From contig NW_024704742.1 of NCBI RefSeq assembly GCF_018977255.1, forward strand, positions 11,534,001 through 11,598,000: a DNA stretch of 64,000 nucleotides. The letters run 5' to 3'. How positions within the stretch are numbered: the first letter of the stretch is position 1; each line of letters opens with the position of its first letter. This document shows positions 40,964 through 53,284 of this stretch, in pieces. The notes beneath the pieces were generated by a model. The model made no database searches, was not told the origin of the DNA, and saw only the letters and a program-made list of their open reading frames with translations. Source of the stretch: Callorhinchus milii. Lineage: Eukaryota. A program made the position numbers and the translations under genes.

Positions 40964-41829
40964 TAAAGTCTAAGACATTGAATCTGCTGAAGTATGCATT
41001 CTTTAGTACTTTTGATGTTTTGAATGTTTTGCAATTTCCACATTCACTAAGAAATTGCACATATACCCAGTGTCTATACAGTAGTTGAACTGGAGCTCTG
41101 AGGAGGCATTTGGTTGAGAAGCAGTTTGAGATGGTAGGTATTCATCCTCTGTGGTTTCATGTTCCTGCCTGACTGCTAACCTGAGAGCCCTCAGTGCAGG
41201 AACAGATGGTTAGATGTGTAGGGACAAACTTCTATTCCACTGAGCATGTGTGCCTGTTTATAGTTAAGGAGCCATTTTGGCACTTCATTGCAAATGATTT
41301 GTATGTCCCATCATCTCTGCACCTGGCACTAAGAAAATAAATGGGTAGTTAATAACCAAACAATGTGCAAGCTCCTTCCATTATAACTTAATTATGTAAG
41401 ATATTATCGTCTATTACTGAATGTCTGTGAATAATTTATGGTAGCCTTAGCTTGGCAGGTTGGTGGCACAATAAATGAACGGCCAGTTTGATAAGACGTT
41501 TTTATCACAAGAGTAGCTTCCTCTCAGCATGTTGACAATTGCTCATTGTATTTGTAAAAGATGACTGAGTTTGTTATAAAGGTTGTATCTTTTAAACACT
41601 GAGGGTTCTTTGAGTTCTAAATGTAGAGTGCATTCTAGTGTATACAGCAGGATCCCGCTGTGTACTATTCCCAAACATCAGTCAGTGCATTGCTTCAGTG
41701 ACAACTAGTCCACTCTCAATGCAATGCACCTGGTTATCATGACTGGGAAACCAGCACTCTTCAACAATATTGACTTAATTGTATGGGACAAAATAATATG
41801 TGGCCTATTTACGTAGCAATACTAAATTA

Positions 41830-42676
41830 AACAACAACAGCTTGCATTTATATGGTGCCCTTCACTCTGGGTTGCGTCCTGGAGTCCTTGACAGTGGCGG
41901 AATCTGACCCTGAGCCTGGAGGACAGGGAGGGAGGAGATGAAAAAGTAAGGTCTTTAGGGAGGGGGCAATGTGGAGGGATTAAGGGAGAGAGTTCAGCGT
42001 TTTGGGGGCTTGGTGGTTGAAGACACGGCCACCGATGCTGGAACGGAGGGGGTGAGGGAAGAACCAGCCGAGCAGAGGCAGTGGGTGGGGGAGTGGGGTG
42101 TAAGCTGATCAGATAGATAGGGCAGTACGAGGGCATGAAGGGATTTGAAAACGAGTGAGAGGAAATTGAAACCAGTATTTTACAAGGCTGTTCTCTTGCT
42201 TGATCTAAGCTAAGCTAAAAGGCTTTGAATGATAAGTGGTGAAGAACCATTTCTGCTATGGCGTAATTTGAAGGCAAGGTGGTATGATTAAGTCAAATTG
42301 CAACAGTGTTAATGTATTGTGTCTTTCACGTTGGGAGGACATCTCAAATGCTTCGCTGAGCCAAGTGGAAACCACAGCTGGGGTGGGAGTAGCTGAGGAA
42401 GGTGAGGGGGAGAAAGGTAACCAAAAGGACAGTTGGAAAGAAAGGTCTTTCATCCCACAGTCCCTATGCTTCACCCCCTCCCTTGCCTCCTCCATGACCC
42501 ATCTCAAGACGCTCCTCTTCGACCGTGCCTTCGGTCACCCTCCTACTCCTACCCTCCCTACAATCCACCCCTTCTGATCCCAACCACCAGCTCAGGTGCA
42601 GATTCCTGATTGTCTAGCGCCTTGGGACGTCTTCCTGACATGAAAGGCACGACACACATGTCATTTGTTGTTATTG
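41830..42676. mobile_element. Cluster of L2 3' fragments in both orientations
   Basis: Minus tails at 41830 and about 42300; plus tail at 42450-42676 (gcgccttgggacgtcttcctgacatgaaaggc). Confidence 0.75.
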
Positions 42677-44331
42677 TCTTAAGGTGAAAAGGGAGGAGAG
42701 AAAGATATGGGGCCTCCAGATGGTGTTTCAGAGAGCAGCGAGAGCAGAATGGCTGAAAGCTCATCCAAAGATGGTGGGGTGGGTCCAGTGGGAGACATGA
42801 TGCTCCATACCAAGTTGTTGTGCTTGAATTTTGTATTAGAATCCAATTAATCAATCAATCAATCAGTCAGTTGCTCTGACATTTATTTCTATATTTTATT
42901 TTGAGGAATTCTTTGTTGGGACGTCCTCCTGATGCAAAAGGCGCTATACAAATGTAATTATCACATCCATACAGCAATTTTCCTCCTATTGAATACAGAT
43001 ATACAAAACTCATCCCCCAAGAAATCCAGTAAATTCCAAGCAGGAATAGGCTCTACATAAGAGCTGTTCTTGTGCGTTTTTAAATAAAACCTCCCACTCT
43101 AAGAATAATCAGTGATGGTTATTATAAATTCAATTATATCAATTGCAGCTTTGTCTATAGGATTACAGTTAAGATATGTTCATTGGAAACCCCTGGATCC
43201 TTGATAAGTGACAGAGTCCTGTGAGAAGAAGGAATCAATCAAACCTGATGTAGTTCTTTGTTCTAAGTTAACTATGGTAGACTGGAATAGTTGAAACAGC
43301 CTGTGTATTTTTTTGCTGGCTCAGCATCTGCAAAAGAGCATTTCAGCACAGCTATTCCCACCTGGGGAAGATTTTCACATCATGCACACTAATGTCCAAA
43401 GGCATCTGTCTGACAGCAAGCCCCTTATACTGAGTGGCACATTTTAAACCAACGTTTTTTCCATAAAATGCCTGTAATTGGTACGCCAATATTTATGGTG
43501 CACGCCGAGTATTTATTTATTGTGTCGCCCTAAATATTGATATGTTATGGTACCCTTAGATTGTATTGAATGGATAATGCTGCACTTAACTGATTCATTA
43601 ATATCTGGCTGCAATTTAGGAACAGAATGTATGAACAATCATTTTAGACTGACAAGATATGGTTCACAGAAAGTGAAACTAGCCCTTGAAAAGTTAATTC
43701 TATTCACATACAAGGCTTTAGGACACCAGCTGGAGTGAATGTAAATGATAATCGGAAAAGTAGTTTAAGAAGCTTTTATGGAATCATTAATGTTGGATTT
43801 TGACAATGAGGTCCAGTGTGCCTCAATTCACAATAGTTGATGCTAGTCATCACTCTTGCGAGTAACTTGTGAGTCAGACCAACTCAACCACTCTACACCT
43901 TGAAGCCATGAGAGAGACACTGTGCCTGGGTCAGTAAGAAGTAATTCTGGTTACTATCAGTAGCTAATATTAATAATAAAAATAACCCTTGGATTTGATG
44001 TAGAGTTTTATAGAAACATAGAAACAGGAGTAGGGTATTCAGCCCCTCGAGCCTGAACAGATATCTATCTACCTCCATCTTGAATGTGAATGGATTTGTT
44101 TAGATAACATGATAAACAGTTTCTCAGTATCATCTGAGTAACTGTTTATCATGTTATCTAAACAAATTGCTTCACAGGAGTTATTGTAAAGTGGATTGAC
44201 TATTTATTTATACGAAAATGCTGTTTGTAACTTGCATTAGTAGATCTTGATTGGACACCAATATGGCAAAACTAGGTGAACCCTTTATTTGGCATCAACA
44301 ACTTACTACCTGGGCAGGGTTGCAACTGCAA

Positions 44332-44652
44332 ATAATAATTCTTGCATTTGATATAAGGCCTTATCATGTCTTCGAGACGTCTCAAAGCGCTTCGCAGAAT
44401 ATACTGTAAAGTGAATTGACTGTATGTTTTGTGGGCGAAACGCGGCAGCCAATTGCACACAATTAGTCACTTAACCCACAAACAGTCGTGGGTTAAGTGA
44501 CTAAATTATTATTATTTATTTGGTAAACATTTCACCACAAAAAAATACACATTCAACCCAGGTTGCAGTATATCTTGTGAAGCGCTTTGAGATGTCTCGA
44601 TCACGTGATAAGGCGCTATATCAAATTAAAGGTTTATTATTAATAATTATTA
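44332..44652. mobile_element. Composite of a minus-strand SINE 3' half and a plus-strand SINE tail
   Basis: Two outward-facing tails joined by ttatttatttggtaaac. Confidence 0.8.
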
Positions 44653-46522
44653 TCTTGGCTGAAGAAACTGAGTAACTGTAAGATTTCCTTCTCACCTGGA
44701 GTCTGACCTTCAGTTAGTGCATAGCGTAGCATTGCATAGCGTGCCCACTCAGGGGAGTGGGCACGCTAGTTGAGAAGTTAACTAGTTTTTTGTATAAAGT
44801 CAAAACCTTTGTAGCTGCACAGTAAATGCCTGCCCTTCACAAATAATTTTTTTGTTAAATCGAAACCTCAAGCTTAGTCATCACACTTTTCTACCTCTAT
44901 TTTATTAAAAAGTACCATTAGCACATTGCCTTTCCAAATCCTGTAAAAAGTCTACATTTTAGATTGCACCTGAAGACCTTCTTCTTTGACCGTACCAGTG
45001 CCACCTTTCCCCTCCTTCTGGCTCGGCATCGGGCTCTGCCATTGTTAAGAGTTCTGGGACGCTGACTTGCGTGGAGGGCGCTATATCAATGTGAGTTGTT
45101 GTTGTTTATTTTGTTTAAGCCTGAAACAAGAATAAGGATTGCAATATTGTTTTTAAACTCATCTAAATTTGACAGTGTGTATTCCATATTTGTGCTTTTT
45201 TATCATATTCTTAATATTGTTCTCCTGAAACAAAAATATGGCAATTTTTCAAGAGTGACAATCTTTGCCATTTGATACAACGCCTTATTACGTCTTTGAG
45301 CTGTCTCAAAGCGCAACACAGTATATACTGTAAAGTGAATTAACTATACATATTTTAAGAGCGTTCTTCACGATGTTCTCTGATTGTTAGACTGCATATC
45401 CTTATAGAATCATAGAATTTTACAGCACAGAAGAAGGCCATTTGGATCTGTGTCGGGTCTTTGAAAAAAGCTATCCAAATCAGTCCCACTTCCCTGCTCT
45501 CTCCCCATAGCCCTGCAAACTTGTCTTCCCCAAATAATTATCTACTCTCTTAAAGAAGATATCCTGACGTCTCTTTGATAGGTGAGATTTGAGACTGTTG
45601 GGGTCTTGGAGGGGTCAGGGCTCAGATGATGTAGTGATTTGGTTTTCATATCTGTGACCTTAGTCTGCATTTGGATTTGGCCATTGCACTGCAGGCCAGC
45701 TGTTGGCTTATAAGTGATCCCTGATAAGATGGGTTTCAGCTTGACACTGCCATGGATGTCAGGTATCTAATATTACAAGGAAGGACGGGCCAAACCTTAA
45801 TGTATGTAAATTGGGCTCAGCTTGTCAGAGGCCCACAGAAAGGTTATCCAATACAGTCAATGTACTGAATAGAAAGAGTGAGTTAACAAAGCATATTCTT
45901 AATGCTCCTGTTGCTTTCTTGATAGGATTGAAATACTGTATTAAATAAAACACTATTATATCTCATGTATTGCTGGCTTTTCTCAAACATTCTTATATGG
46001 TGTTCTCTCCATTCTGCCTATTTTTTTAAACTTGCCTAGGGGCTGTACAGCGCGTTTGAAATCTTTTGACAGATGACATTGAAGGCATTTTGTCTAAGAA
46101 ATGTGAATAGAAACATTTAAGGAAGGTAGTTCATTATACAATAGATGTGAAAAGTAAAATAGTGTTCATTGATGGGTTTAAAATACATCGAGGCTCAGTA
46201 AAGTAGATCTAGTCATTAAAAGGTAGCATGCATGAATGAGACAAATAGTTTAACCAATGTTATCTCCTGTGCCCGCAGCTTACTGGAACTTTTCCTTGGA
46301 TCTTTTCAATGTCAAACTGTTAAATGGAGATCCTGCCCCATGTCTAACACCACCACCACACAAGTGTGATGGCTAGATATCTGAAGGAATAATTTGTAGT
46401 AATAGATAGAGGTGTTTGGGACAAAGGCAAGGAACTTGGACGGAATGGATGGTTCTTTCAAAGTGCCAACACAGACACGATGGGCCAAATAGCTGCCTTC
46501 TATGCTGTAAATTTTCATGACT

Positions 46523-46888
46523 GTGGAGTCCTCTAGCTTAGTGGTCAGAGCACTCGTCTTGCAAGTGAGAGGTCCTGGGTTTGATTGCCTACAGGATGAA
46601 ATGTTTCCTTCCTTCACACGTTTCTGTTTACCTAGAAGTAAGTAGGAACCGGGTTGTTAGTCGATTGGCGGATCATTTTTCCGGGGGTAATAATGCCTTC
46701 AAAAAAATTATAATTTGGTCACTTAATCCATGACTGTTTTTTGGGACAGTGCTGTGCGCAATTGGCTGTCATGTTTTGACTACAAAACATACCCAATTCA
46801 CTTCACAGTATATTCTGTGAAGCTCTTGGAGATGTCTAGAAGACGCGATAAGGCACTATATCAAATGCAAGGATTATTATTATTATTA
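46523..46888 (+). mobile_element. SINE, long subfamily
   Basis: Head, extra segment, core, (ATT)n; follows a CR1 3' tail fragment at about 46380-46520. Confidence 0.88.
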
Positions 46889-47499
46889 CGATTTAGTGAT
46901 AATCACAGATTAAAGTTTTAAATCCTGTCTTTTTCTGAGTTAGTTGATGCTGGTTTGTGCAGGGAAATTGGATTACACAGGGCAAAATGGGTCAAGGTAT
47001 CACAAGATCTAGTTATTCCTGCTGGAAAGTGAGCCAGTGAGAGTACTCGGGTCAACTAGATTGGACCCTCACAATCTGGCAGTGATCACTGTCTGGGCTC
47101 GCAATCCATCATTTCAGGAAACTATGTGCGTTTTTTATGGTTTCATTTGTAACGATAAAATCGAGAACATTAAAATATTAAGTTTAAAATATGAGATTTC
47201 ATATGTGAAAATTGGCAAAAACTGCAAATCAACAACTTGGATGTCCCTCAATATTTCCCTTTCTCAATGAAAATATATATTTATATATTTTTTAAGATAA
47301 GCTGCAGTTGTTAGAGCTGTAGCCTGCACCATTTAGATGTTGGTAACAGATAATAATAATAATAATCCTTGCATTTGATATAGCACCTTATCCTTTCGAT
47401 GTTCAACTTTCTATTCATTAAATCAAAAAGGTTATTTCGATTTAGTCAGCAATTCAAAATTTAAATATTTTGTTATAATAATAAAAATAGTGTATATAT

Positions 47500-47660
47500 A
47501 ATAATGATCCTTCCATTTGATATAGCGCCTTATCATGTCTCAAAGTGCTTCACAGAATATACTGTAAAGTGAATTGACTGTATATTTTGTGGGGGAAACG
47601 CGGCAGCCAATTGTACAGAGCAGTGTCCCACAAACAGTCGTGGATTGAAGTGACCAATTT
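47500..47660 (-). mobile_element. SINE 3' half
   Basis: Tail and core on the minus strand. Confidence 0.8.
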
Positions 47661-48820
47661 ATTGATTCCGCAACATTGGTCTTAACAATTGGATATTCCC
47701 TTTGATTCACTTGTTGCAAATTGTGCCGACTTTACCCAATACAGGCTCTCTACAGGCAAACAAGGTGGAAAAACAAATCACTGAAACATTGGACAGCTGG
47801 AAGAATGGTGACTGCTGCCCCTGGTGGTAATATTGGGTCTTGTTTCTGATCTCAACTGGGCACTCTTCAGAGCCATCTTATTGTATGAGAGATGGCTCTT
47901 CTTGAGATGACAATTCCCTACACAATGCCGTAGGGCTGCCTACTTTAGAACTTTTGTTGGTCATGGTGCTCTTTGTAAACTGGCGATCATTTAAGCGATC
48001 ATTAATTAATTGTTGATAATAGCAGTGGTGTCTTGAGTATTGTGACCTTTGGCCTCTTACCAATACGGTGTGTCATTTTCAAATTGATGTCCTGCTGACA
48101 GAGAAAGCTTACGTCACTGAGGAGGAGGCGGCCGTCAGATTCTCTGAATTCCCAGTACTTTGTCACTTGTCTTCAAATTTGACCTTATTGATGATTTTAG
48201 ATCTGAGGTTGAAATTGAATCCTTGCAGCATTGTTTCTTAGCAACTACAAGGGCAAATATGACTAATGCACTCAGACAATCCAATAGAAGTTGTTGTCTG
48301 TGTAATGAATTCAGGCTTTGGACAATTTCCATTTTCAGCTGCCTACTCATTTGTCTCGAGCGCATATATAAAACTCCCATCAGGTTTTGTTTTGGGTGGG
48401 CGTGGCAGGGGGGGTGTTGCATGATTTTTCAGATCAACAAAATGTGCAAATGTATTTCAGAATGTGAATTCTGGAGTTGGTGTTTGCAATATTAAAATTA
48501 AATTCCCAGCTATTGTGTTGTTTTGGTCACTAAAGCAAAGTGGGATGAATTGGGCTTTCAGGTTGATCATTTATACTTCTGCTAATTGAGATGAGATCTG
48601 ATACGGCATTGGATCACATCTCCACTTTGACATTCAACTATCAGTCTTGCAGAGAAAGGCCATGAAGGATGACTGACCCAGAGGTTGGAAAAGGTTACAC
48701 TGATTCTCAAGGGGTTTTCATCTTGAGTTTTAGATTTGGAGATGTTGCTGACACAATGTCGGTTGATCTGCATTGGTCTATCTTGTGGTTGTCTTGTGAG
48801 TGCAGCATTCCCTTCTCATT

Positions 48821-49186
48821 GTGAAGTCCTGTAGCTTAGTGGGTAGAGCACTTGCCTCGCAAGCGAGAGATCTGGGATCGATTCCTGGGCAGGGCAAAGT
48901 GTTGGGCAAGTTTCATTACTTCACAAGTCTCTGTTTACCTAGTAGTAAGTAGGAACACGGTTGTCAGTCAATTGACAGATCGCTTTTCCTGGGGTAATAA
49001 TTCATTNAAAAAAAATTGGTCACTTCAATCCATGAATGTTTGTGGGACGCTGTTGTGTACAATTGGCTGCCACATTTCGTCCACAAAATATATAGTCAAT
49101 TCACTTTACAGTATATTCCGTGAAGCACTTTGAGACATCTAGAAGACGTGATAAGGCGCTGTATCAAATATAACGATTATTATTAT
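48821..49186 (+). mobile_element. SINE, long subfamily
   Basis: Full head-core-tail. Confidence 0.88.
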
Positions 49187-50696
49187 CCAACTGAATCCCA
49201 CCATTCTAATTAAATTAGCTGCTCATTTCATAATCATTTAAGGATTTTGTTGATGGCTACTAACTGTTGTGTTTGCTTCCATGAAAAAGCAGATGCCTCA
49301 TTTTTAAATTGATTTCATTCTGTAAAGTGTTTTTTGAGAAACTTGATGTGAAAGGTGCGATATAAGTTGAAGATGTTGACGCTGGCACATGGTTAGCTGA
49401 TATTTGCAACATTGCAGGATATCATGTTCATCCTTGTAGAAAAAAAAGGGAGTACCATCAAAACTTTATCTGTTTCTCCCACAAAATATAGTCAATTCAC
49501 TTTACAGTATATTCTGTCAACCGCTTTGAGATGTTTCGAAGACGTAATATGGCGCTCTATCAAATGCAAGGATTATTATTAATCTAGAGAATGTTTTGTT
49601 ATGTTGCTTTAGAATTTTTCCTCAGAATGGACAACAGTCAGTGCTGTATTCAGATTCATATCCAATTGGTAACCTGTCCACAGAAGATTTAAAAAAATAA
49701 AGGGACCAAATTGTCATGGTATCCTAATACCTGTTTGAATGTATCTAATGTCTATTTTTATATCACCCCCTAAGAATAACGTGACCGTAGACATGTACAC
49801 CACAGCAGGAAGTCATTTGGCCCATTTTCTCATTTTGGTTTTTGTTTCTCCAAGATGCCACCATCTGAACCTTAACTCCCTGCTCTTTCCATGTGTTCTT
49901 CAATATCCAATGTTAGGCAGCTGAGTCTGATTATGTTTTCACCTGACATCGATACATGTGGACATCCTCACAGCGATAGTTAGGTAGCGCTCAGGAATAG
50001 AGGTGCTGGGTAATTTCCCCACACTATCCATCCCAATGTAGAAGGCCATTTATAAGGCCAAACTACTGTTTATTGTAACTAAAATCAGCTAACTCTGTAC
50101 CATGAGAAAAGTCACCTAAACACTGTTTCTTTGTTAGCCTGGCTCAGTTGGCAACATTCTCAGCTCTGAGACTGAAAGTTGTGGGTTCCAGTCCCATATC
50201 AACATTTGAACTCACATCATCTGTGTTTACACTCTACTGCAGTGTTGAGGGTGTGTTGCATTGTTCTAAGTACTGTCTTTTGGATGAAATATTGAATCAA
50301 GGTCCTGTTTCCCTGTTTAAAGGGTGGTCAAAGGATGGTGAATGTATGGAATTCACTACCCCAAAGGGCTGTTGACGCTCAGTCCTTGAACATATTCAAG
50401 ACTGAGATAGATATGCTTTTTATTGCAAAAGGGATTAAGGGATATGGGAATAAGGCAGGTTTATCGTATTAGCTGGAGTTAGATTAGAAGATCAGCCATG
50501 ATTGAATGGCGGAGTAGGCTCGAAGGGCCGAATGGCCTACACCTGCTCCTACATATTATGTTAAAGAATTGAGTAGATTAATATGGCACAGAAGCAGACC
50601 ATTCAGCTCAACTAATGCATGTCGGTGTTTAATGCTGCCAGTGAACCCCCATTCCCCTCTTGTATACCTCTCTTCACTTTTTTCCCTTCTTGTCCT

Positions 50697-51019
50697 GTGG
50701 AGTCCTGTAGCTCAGTGGTTAGAGCACTCGCTTTGCAAGTGAGAGACCTGAGTTCAATTCCAGGCAGAGGGCGAAACCTTGGGCAAGTTTCCTTACTCCA
50801 CACAGAGCCTAATAATAATCCCTCCAAAACCCAAAACAATAATAAATTGGTCATTTTTAATCTACGACTGTTTGTGGGACATTGCTGTGCGCAATTGGCT
50901 GCCGCGTTCCCCCACAAATATACAGTCAATTTACTTTACAGTGTGTTCTGTGAAGCGCTTTGGGACGTCCTCCCGACGTGAAAAGCTCTATATCAAATGC
51001 AAGGATTATTATTATTATT
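50697..51019 (+). mobile_element. SINE, short young subfamily
   Basis: Full length, (ATT)n tail. Confidence 0.95.
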
Positions 51020-51069
51020 CTACAGGAATCAACTTTTTTCTTAAATGTGTTTTTCAGATAAAATTGATC

Positions 51070-51398
51070 ATAATAATAATAATAATAATAATCCTTGCAT
51101 TTGATATAGCGCTTTTCATGTCAGGAGGACATCCCAAAGCGCTTCACAGAACACACTGTAAAGTGAATTAACTGTATATTTGTGGGCGAACGCGGCAGCC
51201 AATTGCGCACAGCAATGTCCCACAAACAGTTGTAGATTGAAAATGACCAATTTATTATTGTTTTTGGTTTTGGAGGGATTATTATTAGGCGTGTGGAGTA
51301 AGGAAACTTGCCCAAGGTTTCGCCCTGACCTGCCTGGAATTGAACTCAGGTCTCTCACTTGCAAAGCGAGTGCTCTAACCACTGAGCTACAGGACTCC
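51070..51398 (-). mobile_element. SINE, short young subfamily
   Basis: Full length; abuts the (AAT)n tail of the next copy. Confidence 0.95.
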
Positions 51399-51717
51399 AA
51401 TAATAATCCTTGCATTTGATATAGCGCTTTTCACGTCGGGAGGACGTCCCAAAGCACTTCACAGAACACACTGTAAAGTGAATTAACTGTATATTTGTGG
51501 GCGAACGCGGCAGCCAATTGCGCACAGCAATGTCCCACAAACAGTCATATGGATTGAAAATGACCAATTTATTATTGTTTTTGGTTTTGGAGGGATTATT
51601 ATTAGGCTCTGTGTGGAGTAAGGAAACTTGCCCAAGGTTTCGCCCTCTGCCTGGAATTGAACTCAGGTCTCTCACTTGCAAAGCGAGTGCTCTCACCACT
51701 GAGCTACAGGACTCCAC
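51399..51717 (-). mobile_element. SINE, short young subfamily
   Basis: Full length, in tandem with the previous copy. Confidence 0.95.
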
Positions 51718-52879
51718 TCATTCACTTCATGGCTTTTGCATTTGCCCACAAATTACACAGTCACTACACTTTACAGTATATCCTGTGAATGCTTTGAGAA
51801 GTTCTCCCGACGTGAAAGGTGCTATATCGAATGCAAGGATTATTATTATTTAGACCTAGATTCAAAAGAGTAACATCCTGGTCTGTATTATCCTGATCGG
51901 TTCCTTCATCCACTCAACAATCAGGGATTTACATTTTAACTGTTGAGTTGAGTAAATAAAGTTTCACTGACTGTAGATGTGATATCTCTTTTGAGGAACC
52001 TGAACGTTTTAGAGCTAATTGGACTGTGTGCCTGTGGAGATGCATTTTCTGTCTTGGATATTAACAAAGGGTATCAATACATGCCTGACCTGGGAACTGC
52101 ATTTTCTTCACGCTTTCTGTTATTTATAGAAAATCCTCCCTTGAAGTTAAAAGATTTATTAACTTCATTACCGTGTTATAATCTCGTTAACCAACTTTGC
52201 CCCCAATCCCTGGAGAAACTCCATTTTATGGTAAATGGGAAAGCTCAAACCTTTTATTAGTACAATTAAATGCATTGATTTGCAATGCTTTGGTGGGACA
52301 CGGGCAAAGAGTAAAAGGCTAGACAAATCTCAGTAGTAAACCACATCAGCCACAAAATATTTTACTTTTTCCCTACAATACTATCATTATTTTCTACCAT
52401 TTTTATTGAACCCTTTACCCAATGAACCTGTGCCTCCTCTTCAAGAGTTAGCCATAAAATGTTTTATCAAGCCACTTACATTTGAAAGACATATTTCACT
52501 CACTGATCAGAGTAGACAGAAAATGAACGCATTTGACATATCCATCAAACTTCAATTGATTTTTTTTTCATTTATTGAAGTGCAGAATTGTTGTTCAAAT
52601 TTTCAAAATTGTTGCATCTTAAACTGCTGTCATTTAGATGGGTTACATTCCAATAAGTTACATGAATTTTGGGAGCTTCAACTCAGTTGTCAGATGGCCA
52701 TTACATTACATTACATTTGTATAGCGCCTTTCATGTCGGGAAGATGTCCCAAGGCGCTGGACAGTCAGTGTTTTGTTGGTATGTGGTTTCAAGCGCTCGA
52801 CCACCATCCATCCCCTCCATCCCTGGCTAGTTGCAGCTCACTTAATGAGATCAGGTAACTCAGCAAAGATAAAGGCTCA

Positions 52880-53284
52880 AATAATAATAATCCTTGCATT
52901 TGATATAGTGCCTCATCACATCTTCGAGATGTCTCAAAGTGTTTCACAGAATATACTGTAAATTGAATTGACTGTACATTTTGTGAGTGAAATGCGGCAG
53001 CCAATTGTGCACAGCAGTGTTCCAAAACAGTTGTGGATTGAAGTGACCAATTTATTATTATTATTTATTTGGTAAACGTTTCACCCACAAAAAATACACA
53101 ATCAACCCACATTGCAGTATATCTTGTGAAGCCAATCGACTAACAACCGGGTTCCTACTTACTGCTAGGTAAACAGAGGCGCGTGGAGTAAGGAAATTTG
53201 CCCAAATTTTGTACTAACGGGAATCAAGCCCAGGTCTCTCGCCAGCGAGCCAAGTGTTCTAACCACGAAGCTACAGGACTCCAC
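52880..53284 (-). mobile_element. SINE, long subfamily, with internal inverted segment
   Basis: Tail at 52880, head ends at 53284; plus-strand tail piece at about 53070-53132. Confidence 0.88.

Noticed and set aside
47990..48500. Repeat-free stretch with TATA-like and GC-box-like motifs as a possible enhancer or internal promoter
   Set aside because: Short motifs alone are not evidence; needs cross-species alignment or chromatin data.
8288..49007. Single N bases at 8288, 34678 and 49007
   Set aside because: Each borders a homopolymer run; assembly ambiguity.
50697..50770. tRNA-Ala-like sequence with A/B boxes and TGC anticodon loop, repeated many times
   Set aside because: No proper acceptor stem and always fused to the SINE body; these are SINE heads, not tRNA genes.
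1618..51717. Recurrent ORFs such as MGKFPYSTRLIIIPPK..., MESCSSVVRALA... and MWDIAVRNWLPR...
   Set aside because: Chance translations of SINE copies, not a gene family.
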